The position numbers and the translations under genes were made by a program. The notes below the pieces were generated by a model that saw only the letters and a list, made by a program, of their open reading frames with translations, was not told the origin of the DNA and ran no database searches. A stretch of DNA of 63,740 bases, counting the filler, from Craspedostauros australis (taxonomy: Eukaryota), in assembly GCA_030167865.1 (NCBI GenBank). It is 8 parts of 8 records of this genome, joined end to end, with 100 filler letters (N's around TTAATTAATTAA, not from the genome) between each part and the next. Parts side by side here need not be neighbours in the genome. Positions count along the whole stretch, not along the records: positions 34,991 to 39,299 come from JALAGF010006324.1; positions 39,400 to 53,799 come from JALAGF010006325.1; 6 more parts are not named here. One strand, 5' to 3'. How positions within the stretch are numbered: position 1 is the first letter of the stretch; each line of letters opens with the position of its first letter. Shown here piece by piece: positions 34,991 through 47,007 of the stretch.

Positions 34991-36553
34991 ACATCAGCCG
35001 CAGAGTGCGCTTATGTGAGCAACAGGTTTGAGAAGATGAAGAAGTACGGCAATGCGGTGGTCGAGCGCGACGACTGTCCGCTGATCGACAAGATGAGAGC
35101 GTATCACGTGCTGATAAATGGAGAACTGGCTTCGGCCGATCATGGCAAAGCGAGTGATGTGATGAAGCTGGGTGTAGAGGTGATGGCCAAGCTTGGTTAC
35201 CACTATCCCAAGAACAACACGATGAGACTAGTGATGACCATATGGCGAATGATGAAACTGCAAGTATCCGCAAAGAAGTGGACGATCGAGTATTTGAACT
35301 CGATGCAGCCATCTGAAGATCCTATGGACGGGCTTACCATGAGGACCTTGGGTAAGTGCTTGGTGGGTGCTATACTTGCCGATGGAGTTCTCTACCCTTT
35401 GGTCCTGGTGGACCTCATCAACTATGGTTTGACGAAAGGCACAACAAACTCCACTGCGTATGCCATCGCAAATCTTGCGGCGGCCATCGGTCCTGTTTTG
35501 GGGAACATGGAAGCTGGGAAGCTGTATGCCAACTACGCCATGCATTTGTGCGAAGCAAACAGCAGCAAGGCAGAATCAGTCCGTCCCACACTTGCTGCGT
35601 ACGGCTTTGTGCTGACCAACTTCATACCGTACGAGAGTTGCGCACAACCACTCCTGGATGCACATCTCGACGGCATGGCGACAGGAGATATTCAAAACGC
35701 GATGTGGGTCCTAATCTATTACTTGGACCTGTGCTTCTTCACAGCGAAGCCGTTGGGAGATCTGGAGTTGGATCTTTCGACATACACGAATCAATGTGAA
35801 GACTTCAATCAAACCAGGGTGCGTGAGTTCCTTGCAAGCAGATGGCAAATGGTGTTGCATCTCAGAGGATGGTCCGATCAACGGACCCTCCTCGTCGGTG
35901 AGGTCTTCGATGAAATCACTGTGATGCGACGCCTTGCACAAGCGAAGGATGAGGCACAAACCATTGACCTGCTTGACATCAAGCTGTTCACAGCGACATA
36001 CTTCGGTGACTACGACGATGCTGTCAAGACAGCCTTCGAGGCGTATGAGCATGTCAATGAGAATACGAAGTACTACATCTCGAGCATGTCATTCTTTTTC
36101 TTTTCCTCCTTCGCCGCGACGATCAGCGTCCACCAAAATGGCCATCTCTCATGGTCAAAGCGCAACAAGGTCAAACGGCTGGCCCAACGATCGCGAAAGG
36201 CGCTGCGCGCCATGGTGAACAAGGGCAACCCAAATGCGGTGCACTGTTTTGCCATTCTGAGCGCGGAAAGAACTGCATGGAAGGCGCACAAGAGCAAGCA
36301 GAGAGACGACGCGTTCCATGCTGCAGTCAAGCTCTATCGGGATGCGATCCGGACCGCTGCTCGAGGAGGGTTCTCTCAGAACCAAGCACTCGCAAACGAA
36401 CGGCTGGCGGAGCACATGGTGCTGGAGGATGACATGGAGGGCGCGGGGTATCATTTCGATGAGGCTATTCGACTGTACGAGGAATGGGGCGCCGACAAGA
36501 AGGTGTCGTTACTGCGGGAGCGTCGCAAGAGCGTCGGCGTGACTGATAGATGA
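34991..36553 (+). CDS. C-terminal TPR-like half of an AAA/STAND ATPase signalling protein (5' truncated)
   Basis: Frame is open from the gap. GDIQNA, YRDAIRTAARGGFSQNQALANERLA and AIRLYEEWGA..KV resemble the tail of Ser/Thr-kinase/ATPase/sensor-kinase-type proteins. Confidence 0.75.
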   Translation, partial: TSAAECAYVSNRFEKMKKYGNAVVERDDCPLIDKMRAYHVLINGELASADHGKASDVMKLGVEVMAKLGYHYPKNNTMRLVMTIWRMMKLQVSAKKWTIEYLNSMQPSEDPMDGLTMRTLGKCLVGAILADGVLYPLVLVDLINYGLTKGTTNSTAYAIANLAAAIGPVLGNMEAGKLYANYAMHLCEANSSKAESVRPTLAAYGFVLTNFIPYESCAQPLLDAHLDGMATGDIQNAMWVLIYYLDLCFFTAKPLGDLELDLSTYTNQCEDFNQTRVREFLASRWQMVLHLRGWSDQRTLLVGEVFDEITVMRRLAQAKDEAQTIDLLDIKLFTATYFGDYDDAVKTAFEAYEHVNENTKYYISSMSFFFFSSFAATISVHQNGHLSWSKRNKVKRLAQRSRKALRAMVNKGNPNAVHCFAILSAERTAWKAHKSKQRDDAFHAAVKLYRDAIRTAARGGFSQNQALANERLAEHMVLEDDMEGAGYHFDEAIRLYEEWGADKKVSLLRERRKSVGVTDR

Positions 36554-36779
36554 GGTTGTTAAAAAGGTCAGATTTCCCTATTGACGGTAATAGCGTTGAA
36601 GTTCCTTTGGTCCAGGCTTGAATGGGTCGCTGTGCGAATTCGCACTCTTGTGGGTACGTATTAGTGTGCAACAAGGATGGCGCATGGACAGTCGCGTTTG
36701 AGCGACATGATGTTGCGTATTGTTCCAAAATTGGCAATGTGTCCATGAATCCTGCCAGAGAAACGACGAAGTCTCGCCG

Positions 36780-37271
36780 TCATATCATGTACAAATCGAC
36801 CAGTATCTGGTACGCTCGTTCTCCCACGTCCTCGATCTCTGCGTACTTGGCTTGCATTGCCAATTCTTCGTGTGGCGACTTTGGCTGTTGCCGCACTCGT
36901 TCGATACGCTTTGCCTTCCACGCTGAAGGGCGGCTGTCGATCCCGTTAGGATCAATGATCATTTCTTGCGGTGGTTCTGTGCGCGGAGCGACGAAGAAAA
37001 TGTGGGAGAAACAAACATGCGCATGAGTGAGTCAGTTATTGAGTGAATTGGTCTCATGTCTGCGTGAGAATACGCCGGGCACGCAAAAGACATCCGCGAC
37101 AACAATACTCGTACAACTAGCACCAGAAACAACAACAAAGTGGCATTGAAATTGGATGGACGTACCAAAGAATGAAGTGGCACCAGATGTCGTGTGGAGA
37201 TCATCCATCGTCGTGAATCCTGCATTGCGTTGCTGTGCGGCCGTGACATCGGATGTCACCACCATGTTCAT
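36780..37271 (-). CDS. Small hypothetical protein (about 100 aa)
   Basis: Proposed exons 37271-37166 and 36976-36780 with an in-frame GTACGT..CAG intron. Ends in AKYAEIEDVGERAYQILVDL, a motif I recall from small diatom proteins. Start uncertain. Confidence 0.5.
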
Positions 37272-40200
37272 TTTAGCCTCCACGTCTGAGGCGCTGAATT
37301 GACGTTCGTACCCACTTTGCTGGTTGTCCCAATGCTTGTCGAGATGTACATGTGAGTATATGTCGAGATGTACATGTATATGTGCATCGTTCACCCGTTA
37401 TTCTCTCATACACACTTGGACGGTACAACTACATTAGTGTCAATAGTATGCTGTGATTTGTCAGAATCACAGTGGAAATGGAACACACGAAAATGAGCAG
37501 AATTTCTAGAGAAATTCGCAATCGACGATTTCTGAGAGAATTAGAAACATCGTCCGTCCATCCATCAATGGATAATAACACATCGAACACTCCAACTACA
37601 CTCGTCTTGGTAGTATTCGAATGAGTCGTATGGTATTCGTGTACCACAGGACGAATACTGATGCAGTCACGAGACTCTTCGTGTGTGATGAATCGTAATG
37701 TCATGATATACGCAATTGCCGCAACCTCCATGTGGGATCGCTTTCTCGTCTCACAGACTGACTCGCAATTCAGATATATTGATTCCTCAATTCCACACCA
37801 TCTTGTTGACACCTTGCAATTCAGATATATTGGTTCATCCAATAGATCTGAATAAGAGGTCCTCAATTGCACAGCTTCAGAATTATGGCAGTACTGGTCA
37901 TCGTGGACCTGAACGTGCCATCTGATCTTGTCTTCACCTCTGTGCTTGCAAACATGCATTTCCTCCCACATGTGAATGCAACAATGCAAGGCATCATTTT
38001 ACAGCAGTATTGCTGTGTGAAACTTGTGCAATCTCATTGCATCATCATCATCATCTTGCATTGCACTCTTCATGCTCACAATTCTGACTTCAACAGATCA
38101 GAATTGGGCCAGCTTTCATTAACTTAATCACCTACTTGAGCACATACACACAATACCAACCATCTACATACTTCATTGTCGGATCTAATCAGTCTCTATT
38201 TGAAGTAAGTACCCTGTATTGTATTCTGTTCTAACAATGGAAACGTATGGCATCGAGCGAAGCTTGAGGTACCTCCCAACTAAACCCCAGATGACAATAT
38301 CATCTGAGAGACCATTGCATCATCAATGGAACATGACATCTGGAGAGCAGAAGGACGCCTACTGATGTTGACAGGATGTCATCATGTCACCATGTCGACA
38401 TCTGTCTCCATGTCAGAAGCAGAAGGTAAAGATTTGATGACCAAAGGGCATCAAGATCATGGATACATGAAGAGAAGTTTAAATGGTAAGCACTCATGGA
38501 GTAGGAACCAGTATTGAACAAATGGAGTGTCAAATGCGGAGTATGCATTGAACATGAAGTATCGTGTAGCACATGTACACAATATTGAGAGAGAGAGAAT
38601 ACGAATAGCAGCAAGAGAGGATCTTGTGTACTGACTCATAGTCAGGGGTAGTAGAGACCAATCTACAAAACAGATTAACGTGCCAAGAGCATCAGGCAAG
38701 AGAACGGACACTGAGAGGATTGGAGTGCCAATGTAATGAAATAGCAAACAAACAACTATCAACCAACACCGTTTTCCACGATTGTAGGCTTCCGTGAGTG
38801 GAACTTGCCAACACTACAGATGGTGCCCTGGAGTCATATGGGTCGGCTGTATCAACCAGTCAATTATGTCCATATGTGACCCGCATATTCGACCAAGAGG
38901 ACCGTAAATCTACGAAGCTCCACAAAAATTAAAATAAGACCTTTGAGCAAAATTGGGCTCCACTACGCATCTTATAGTATTATCTAGTTTATGAATACGG
39001 GAGTGGTTTGGTTGAAACGCCCGTATGTTGCCACCCCTTTAGGCCGACTGTAAGTCCCCTCACTCAAGCGGGTCATGGCTCTAGATAGATCGTCTGCAAT
39101 CACCGCTTCGCCCAACAGCAACCAGCACGGAGCACACCAACTTCAAAGAGGGGCCAAAATTCTACAACTGGAGTGTTATCGTGACACCGTTTGACGTTGG
39201 AGGCAGGCTGCACACAACCAACTCCCACACGCTTTCATTTCGTGCATTGGTCGGCAGCCACATTGGCTGGCAACACGTGCTCTGTGGGTGGGACAGTGGN
39301 NNNNNNNNNNNNNNNNNNNNNNNNNNNNNNNNNNNNNNNNNNNTTAATTAATTAANNNNNNNNNNNNNNNNNNNNNNNNNNNNNNNNNNNNNNNNNNNNA
39401 GCACAAGCATGGAACACAACAGCGAGTGCGCATGGCATTGGCGAGGAAAGTTGTGAAATGGAGCGAAAGAGTGGCGATGATTTGCGGAATTGTGAGCGGA
39501 TGGCGATGATGTTGGATGTGTGATGTGTTTTGTGTGATGTGTTTTGTGTGATGTGTTTTGTGACGATCAAAATGTGAGATCATGTGGCGCAGGCTAACGT
39601 GTATTTAACGCGTACCAAACGAACGACATTTTCTGCGTCCGGTCCATGACTGACTGCCTCATGATAAATGCATCGGAACAGCATGGAACCTTCTGAAAAA
39701 CAACAAGTAGTTTCACGGGGTCGACCCATACGACTTTATCATATTTTTGACTATCCATAAAACTTAAAATAGGATCTAACTAAAAAATCCATCGGTTAAT
39801 TATTTATATGGAGACTACGAGGATTATGAATATGTGCTTGGTTTGGATATCGAAGACAAATTTTATAGATGCCAATAACGGAGTGCAGGTCGACTCACTC
39901 GGGGGGCTCATAGAACACCTCCATCTCATGCTACGCTACAACATGTTACTTTACGCGATCGCATCCTCTCTCTCTCTACGCACAATAACATTGAGTAGGT
40001 GTTTGAGATGCAATTGCATACTCGGACGAACATATTGTTCTCTGCCTGAGGTGAGTGTTTGGATTGGAACGTGCAGTTCTGACACCATCGCTCGCAGAGT
40101 ACAGCATAGCACAGTACAGAGCTTGATCCTTGACGAACATCTAATCTGCAGAAAGTATTTCGATGTGGATGAACTGGCAGGTTTGGATCCGAAACATGTT

Positions 40201-40693
40201 GCATCCGAAACATGTTGCATCCACCCGGAGAGGATGGCATGAACATCCGAGAAGATGCATCAAAGCACGAGGTCGAGGTTAGTTGTGTGGCGCCAAATCT
40301 ACCAACACAACAACCTTCTCCATTTCTGCGTGTTCCAACGAAAAGGTGAGTTCCTTTTGGACACGTTCCCAGTGAGATGCACGTTTCGCGAAAAATTGGC
40401 AAATCAGATGATTCGGTGACGTCATCGACTGCCGATCTCGTTCGTCCTTGCGTATGTCCGTAAAACCTGACTCAATTGGGACCTCGAAGGGAAGACCACA
40501 GAAACACACACACCAACGAACTCAAAATCTTCCACCTGTTTTGTGCGCAAGCTGTTCGTGCGGCGTCCTTGTCACACTCGAGCGAACTCGACAGTCAGCG
40601 TGCAAGAAACACCGATCCATCTGACAAGCTTCAGATCCTCACAAATCCAGCAACAGCGACGACACCAACAGACAGCAGACCTAACTTGACAAG

Positions 40694-42540
40694 ATGACAG
40701 GAACAAACGGAAATGGAAACGGCAGTGCCAAGGTCGGCACCAGCACCGTCAAGCAGGGACTCGCCCAGATGTTGAAGGGTGGTGTTATCGTGAGTTCTCA
40801 AACCAGCTGGCATGAGGCGAAGGTGCCAGACGACGGCGGCGGCATGCATGGTCTTGGGTGGAGCGTGCATGGAAGGAAGGAGGGGGCGGGGGCCATGACG
40901 GTGTCACACCAGACGATCAAGGAAGAAAACGAAGGGTTACGACCAAGGCACCTCAATGAGCAATCGAAGTGGAGGCTTCGTTCGTTCGAGAGAGAGGCGC
41001 ATGTATTGGCATCGACAGATCGCCTCTTCGTCCCAAAACGAGAACGGTCGCGATTCCTCTTTACAACGATCACCACCATGATGCTTCTTTGATCTCCGAT
41101 CTACGCCTCTGCATGCACCAAATCGTCGTCACCACCATGAATTCAATTCATCTGAATTGAATCGAATTGAAACGGAATGCTTTCTTGGTCCAATTTCTCA
41201 CCTCCCATGTTGACCTGTTCGCATCGGCGCTCAATTTTCTTTCCGACTGGAATCTGTTCGTGCTTCAACGACGACGCACGCAAACATCACGAATTTCTGC
41301 CGAACTGGGCCATGACGACACTCTTCAAATTCTATGCAATCGACATGAAATGCAATATCCCATGACGGTGATGCTGTGTGATGCTCAACTCATCCCACGG
41401 TGTATTCAATGGATCAACGCTCAATCAATCGTCATTACCGCATATGATCGATGGCATTTCAATATGTGACACGGAATTACCGCCTACAATGTCGTCAATT
41501 ACTGTCGGATTCTCCCTCATCTTGGCTTGACGACGTGCGCACGCATCTATCGACACCTCCCTCGACCTTCGCATGCACACACACCCAATCAATGAACCAA
41601 TGAACCAACCAACCAAAAAAACGACCGACCACAGATGGACGTCATGAACGTCGAACAAGCCAAGATCGCGGAGGCCGCCGGAGCCGTCGCCGTCATGGCT
41701 CTCGAGCGCATCCCAGCCGATATCCGCCGCGATGGTGGCGTCGCACGCATGTCCGACCCAGCCCTCATCAAGGAGATCAAGAACGCCGTCACCATCCCAG
41801 TCATGGCCAAGTCGCGTATCGGACACTTCGTCGAGGCGCAGATCCTGGAGGCCTGCGAGGTTGACTACATCGACGAGAGTGAGGTGCTCACCATGGCCGA
41901 TGACATCCACCACACCGACAAGACCCAATTCAGCGTCCCATTCGTGTGCGGATGCCGCAACGTCGGTGAGGCCCTGCGCCGCATCGCCGAGGGCGCCTCC
42001 ATGTTGAGAACAAAGGGTGAGGCCGGAACCGGAAACATCGTCGAGGCCGTGCGTCACGCCAGACAGGTCCTCGGCGACATCCGCCGACTGCAATCCATGA
42101 GCAAGGACGAGCTCTTCGTCGCCGCCAAGGAGATGCGCGCACCATACGACCTCGTCGCCCAGATCGCCGAGACCGGAAAGCTCCCAGTCGTCAACTTCGC
42201 CGCCGGCGGAGTCGCCACCCCAGCCGATGCCGCTCTCATGATGCAGCTCGGCATGGACGGAGTCTTCGTCGGATCCGGAATCTTCAAGTCCCAAAACCCA
42301 GAGGCCCGCGCCAAGGCCATCGTGCAGGCAGTCACCCACTACAAGGACCCCAAGGTCCTCATGGAGGTCTCCACCGGCCTCGGACCAGCCATGGTGGGCA
42401 TCAGCGACATCAAGGCCGATCCAGTCAACTTCCGCGACCGCGAGGGAGGTGAATTCCAGTACGCCGGCAAGGTCCCACCAAAGAGGGAACTGCACGGACA
42501 CACTGAGGTCAAGATGTACGGCTCTTCGTGGAACAACTAA
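40694..42540 (+). CDS. PDX1: Pyridoxal 5'-phosphate synthase, synthase subunit
   Basis: Exons 40694-40789 and 41635-42540 with an 845-bp GTGAGT..CAG intron. [66 protein letters not shown]. Strong codon bias. Confidence 0.97.
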
Positions 42541-43106
42541 GGAGCAACAACTTTGGCTCCGACATGACAAGAACTGATATGAATTGAGTTGGCGTGATTC
42601 TACGTGATGCGCAATCGATGACGCATACGCGGCGCGAACTCAACTGCGAATACACCAACAATATTCCAGCAACAATACAACAATCATGATACTGCCGAAC
42701 TCTTGATCTTTGTCCTCTCTTGTTCTGTAACATGATGAATATATTCACAGTTAATGTTGTGATGAGTGAGGCTGCCACATTTGCATGATTGCACAAGTAA
42801 AGCGTGACCAACATGGTCTCATTGAAGACGCAAGATGATGATCTGTGCGTATGACGGCTGACTGTTCCTTACTCCAAGCCACACTCGTACGCGAATGAAG
42901 AAAGCTCGTCGTCGTGCAACAGCATGATCCAAAATGCAGGGCGTCAAAATTGCTCGAATATGTGGGACGCAACGCAACACAATGTAATACGGCACGAAGC
43001 GGCACAACATCAAAAGCAGCGTTGTACTGCACTGCACTGAACTATACTATATGTGTCGGGCTGCTTCGTCTGCTCTCGTTTGCTCCGCTCTTGGAGTAAA
43101 TGTGGC

Positions 43107-44475
43107 TTAGAGGACGTTCATGGAAGTGACCTCGACGGACTGGACCTCATCCTCGAGCTTCTCAATCGCTTCGCAGACATCGTCGGAAGAGTTGGCGACT
43201 CCCATCGTGAAGGTACACTGGATCTTCTTGATGCCGAACGCGACATCGGCGAGGTTGCAGTTCTCTCCCCACTTGAGACCATCCTGGACGATGGTCGTAG
43301 TGATCTTCTTCCACAGGACCATCAGATCCTGCTCGACATCCCACGGCTTGATCTCGATGGCCACGAGCGTTCGCTGCTTGGCCTCCTTGCGCGCGGTACG
43401 CTCCTCTGCCTCCTTCTTCAGACGGGCCAGCTTCTCTGCTCGGGTCTCCGTCTCTGCCTCCTCCTCTTCATCGTCGTCATCACCGAACACATCAAAGTCA
43501 TCCTCGTCGTCAGCGGCCTTCTTCGCGGCGGGTGCGGAGATGGCGCCGACACCGCTGACGGCGGCGATGTGCACGTACCAGCGGTACAGGTGTGGGTATT
43601 TGGTGGCGTCGGGGCATGCCTCGAACTTGGCGAACCACTCCGAATCGGCGGGGCTGAAGGTGAAGCCCTCGACGTAGGACTTGGAACCCATGAAACCGTT
43701 GAAGGCGGCCATGCCCTTATCGGTGGAAACGTCAAACTGCGTGGATTGAAAGTGGATGGATGGATGGAAGTGCGTGCGTGCGTGATAGAAGAGCGGTGGT
43801 TAGGGCATGAAGTGATGTGTATGTGTGTGAGAGAGATGGAACGGGTTATTGATGTGACAAATGAAACAGCGATGGTTGTTGTGCTGACGGATTTCAGGAG
43901 GGTGTCTTCTGGAATGCTGTGTTGGAAGGAGTGCTCCATGTTCTGTGTTCTGCGATGCCGTCTCCAAGGAGCCATGTCCATGTTGCGCTTGCAACTGGAA
44001 TAACTGGAGTGGAGTAGTTGGCACTTGCATTCCCTCCGCTCCATTCCAAATCGGATCTTATTCTTCATTCTTTGGAATGGTCTGCTGTCATTGGAGGCAT
44101 GTGGTCCAATCCGTTGCTCCGTTGCTTTACTCCGCTGTGCTCTGCTCTGCCGTTTCATGGAACATCCACTCCAATCTGTCATTGCCAGGAATGCAGCTCG
44201 TAGCATGCAATACTCGTGCGTCCAAGTTGGTCTTCGCATTGCCTGCCATTTCTGCCCTTGCGTGACGGATGGATAACTATTGTACCGTGCCCACAGCACA
44301 CCAGACCGCATTTGCATTCTTTTGCCGTCGCCAGTCTTCTTGCTCCACCGGCATCTTGGACAGCGGCTGCCGCTCTTGAAACAGTCATTCTGTTGCTCGA
44401 TCCTGCATTGCCAGCTTCCTGCCGTCATCTTGACCCCTGCTTGGTAACAAAGGGACGTACCTTTGGTCCTCCCAT
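43107..44475 (-). CDS. EEF1B: Translation elongation factor 1-beta (eEF1B)
   Basis: 15-nt first exon 44475-44461 (MGGPK, GTACGT donor) plus exon 43736-43107. KSYVEG, RWYVHI, DDFDVFGDDDDEE, IKPWD, VAFGIKKIQ, VQSVEV. Confidence 0.93.
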
Positions 44476-45109
44476 TGTTGCAGTATTATTTGTTCTTGCG
44501 TAGTAGAGTATGTAAGAAGATCGTAAGTGGATCGTATGTGGGCTGTATTGTGTTGTGTTGCCTGTTCGAGAGCCCGGTTGTGACTGCGCCAAGATGCTTT
44601 GGTTGTGGCTCGCTGGCATGCTCTTCTTGCTGTCGTTTGGACGAATCTTGGTGCGTGGCGCATCCTTTTGTCACGTTTGTGCGTGCTATGTCGTGTTGTG
44701 TTGGTTGGTTGTGCGGACAACCACCACGAACAAATCGTGGATGACGCAAAGCTCGTAGTCTCCGACGATGACAGACTGTCATTTGTGTTTCACTAGTTTG
44801 GGTCACATCAGTCGGGGCCATCGTATTCGTGATTGGATGCGTCCACTCAAACAAGACTGACGTGCAATTGTCGCGAAATGGCAAATGCTGAAAGATCAGA
44901 CGCAACACGACGCAGCATGGTGCGATTGCAAAGTCGCTCCTCCCACCACCAACACACCATGATTCGAAGATGTTGTCGTACCGACGATTAGTATTTAACC
45001 ATGCCACAGAGGCAGATCATTCAGATCACCATTGCCATTACCATTACCATTGCCATTGCCTTGGAGTAGAGCACCCAGCATCCATACCATCGTATCCACC
45101 AGCATTTAC

Positions 45110-46232
45110 AATGACAAGGTGGAAGATACCAACGGTACTCAAGCCATCAATGCGAATGCAAGTGCCAATGCCAATGCCACAGAAGACGAAGACGAAGACA
45201 ACGACCTGTCACAGAACGACCCTGCTATCGTGCATCATGGTGATGGGGACATTGTGCGCAGCCAATGTTTGCAATGCGTTCCTCCCACAAGCACCTGCAT
45301 TCCATCGCAACATTCTGCGCAGCCGACAATCATCATCATCAATGCACAGACTGCACGCATTACACTCCTTGCCCAGGTCCAACGCCACGATCTCGATTGC
45401 CGGAGTGGATTATCAGCGACCGCAAAAGGTCAACCAGGACAATCATTTCCAATGCGGCGACGGGATATCTTACGCCGCTTTCGGTGTACTGGATGGACAT
45501 GGATTGAAGGGGCATATTTTGACGCAATACCTGGCACACCAATTGCCCCAGCGACTACAGCAATGTCCATCCGAAGCCGATCCCTTTCAAGAATCCTTAC
45601 AACGGTACGGCTATGATACAACGACCCATCATTCCAACGCCACGGCGTGGCTCACACGCACCTTCCATCAATGCCATTGGGACGCCGTGCAAGATCCCAA
45701 CGTCAACGCGGGACGCAATGGAGCCACTTGCATCGTGTGCGTGTTTGAAGCACCGATCAGCGATGACGATCCATCGTTGCTGCACGTTGCCTGCGTCGGC
45801 GATTCTCGAGCCATCCGCATACGGCGCGATAATTCCATTGACATTCTCGCATCCGAAACGACAGTCCATCTGCCGGACGAACGCAAACGCATCGCCAAAG
45901 GCTCCATCCGCGGCAACAACGTCTTCTATGGACCCGTCGGCATCGCCATGACACGGTCGTTGGGCAACGCCGTCATGTTGCGGGCCGGTGTCATCCCGAC
46001 GCCCATCGTGCGCACGTATGATTGGAAGGAAGGCGACGTCGTCTGTATTGCCACGGACGGCGTATGGGACGTCCTGCGCAATGAGGCCGTCGCGCAGATC
46101 GTGATCGAGGAGACCGACGCAACCATCATTGCCGAGCGCATTGTCGAGGCGGCGAAGGCCAAGTGGATCGGAAATCTTCCCATCCAAGACGAAGTCAAGA
46201 TGGATGATATCACCTGCACCATCATCCGGTAG
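45110..46232 (+). CDS. PP2C-family protein phosphatase, probably plastid-targeted
   Basis: NQD, FGVLDGHG, GATC, VGDSRA, MTRSLGN, ATDGVWD, DDIT. Hydrophobic leader ending CNA/FLP. Start codon uncertain. Confidence 0.85.
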
Positions 46233-46773
46233 GTTGGTGCAATGCAACGTGCGGCTTCGTTGCATGAATTCCAATACAAATGAATAGAGTGGAGTAGAAC
46301 AGAACAGAGCACATGGGACAGAGCACAGTAGTACCTCTTGTGTGCAACTCCAGTTCCGTCCAGTTCAGTTCAGGTGTTACATTGTATTTTAATAGAGTAT
46401 ACTTGTGTGTAGCGTGTATTGTTTGCTTCCACTCGACTTCATTGACTAGTACAGTGCCCCATGCCATCCCACTCCACTCGATTCCACCAGAGTCTGGCAT
46501 AGCGCGGCATTGTATGAGTGTGAAAGTCGACTGTTGTCTTCGTCTTAGCTTCGTTGTTGTGGTTATTGCTGCTGCTGCTGCTCCTCGCAAGGTCGCATGC
46601 GCTGCTACAGAATTTGTTCGCATTCAAACTTCGTGTTTGTGCTCCTCTGTTGCCGCCGCTGCCACTGTTGACGCTACCGGTATCGGTTCGCATTGTTGCC
46701 ATCCATCCAGTTGATGGCGATACTAATCTGTGGCGTGCGTCAATATCAAGTGCAGCACGCTGCCGGCCGTATT

Positions 46774-47007
46774 CTATTGCCGACCGCCGTTGCTTGTTGA
46801 GACGGTAATGGTCTCGGCGACCTCTTCGTCTTGGTTGATGAGGTCCAGGACCTCGGTAATGATGTTGTGGATGCCCATGATGCGTTGCGTAGCGTCATTG
46901 GACCCCAGCGGATGGTGCGGGTGGGGGCTTGGAAACAGTTGGAAGAGGACCGACTCGGATGATCTGCCTGGTGTCATCAGTGGGCTCGTCGCATTGTCGC
47001 AGGCCAT
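46774..47007 (-). CDS. Small hypothetical protein (77 aa)
   Basis: Short ORF with an amphipathic IITEVLDLIN helix. Weak support. Confidence 0.3.
   Translation of the reverse strand: MACDNATSPLMTPGRSSESVLFQLFPSPHPHHPLGSNDATQRIMGIHNIITEVLDLINQDEEVAETITVSTSNGGRQ

Noticed and set aside
37400..39299. AT-richer stretch with short ORFs and a 17-bp direct repeat
   Set aside because: No recognisable protein or RNA motif in any frame I read. Probably decayed repeat DNA.
39486..39501. GGAATTGTGAGCGGAT, identical to the left part of the E. coli lac operator
   Set aside because: The right half (AACAATT) and all flanking vector sequence are missing. Treated as chance, though a vector screen would settle it.
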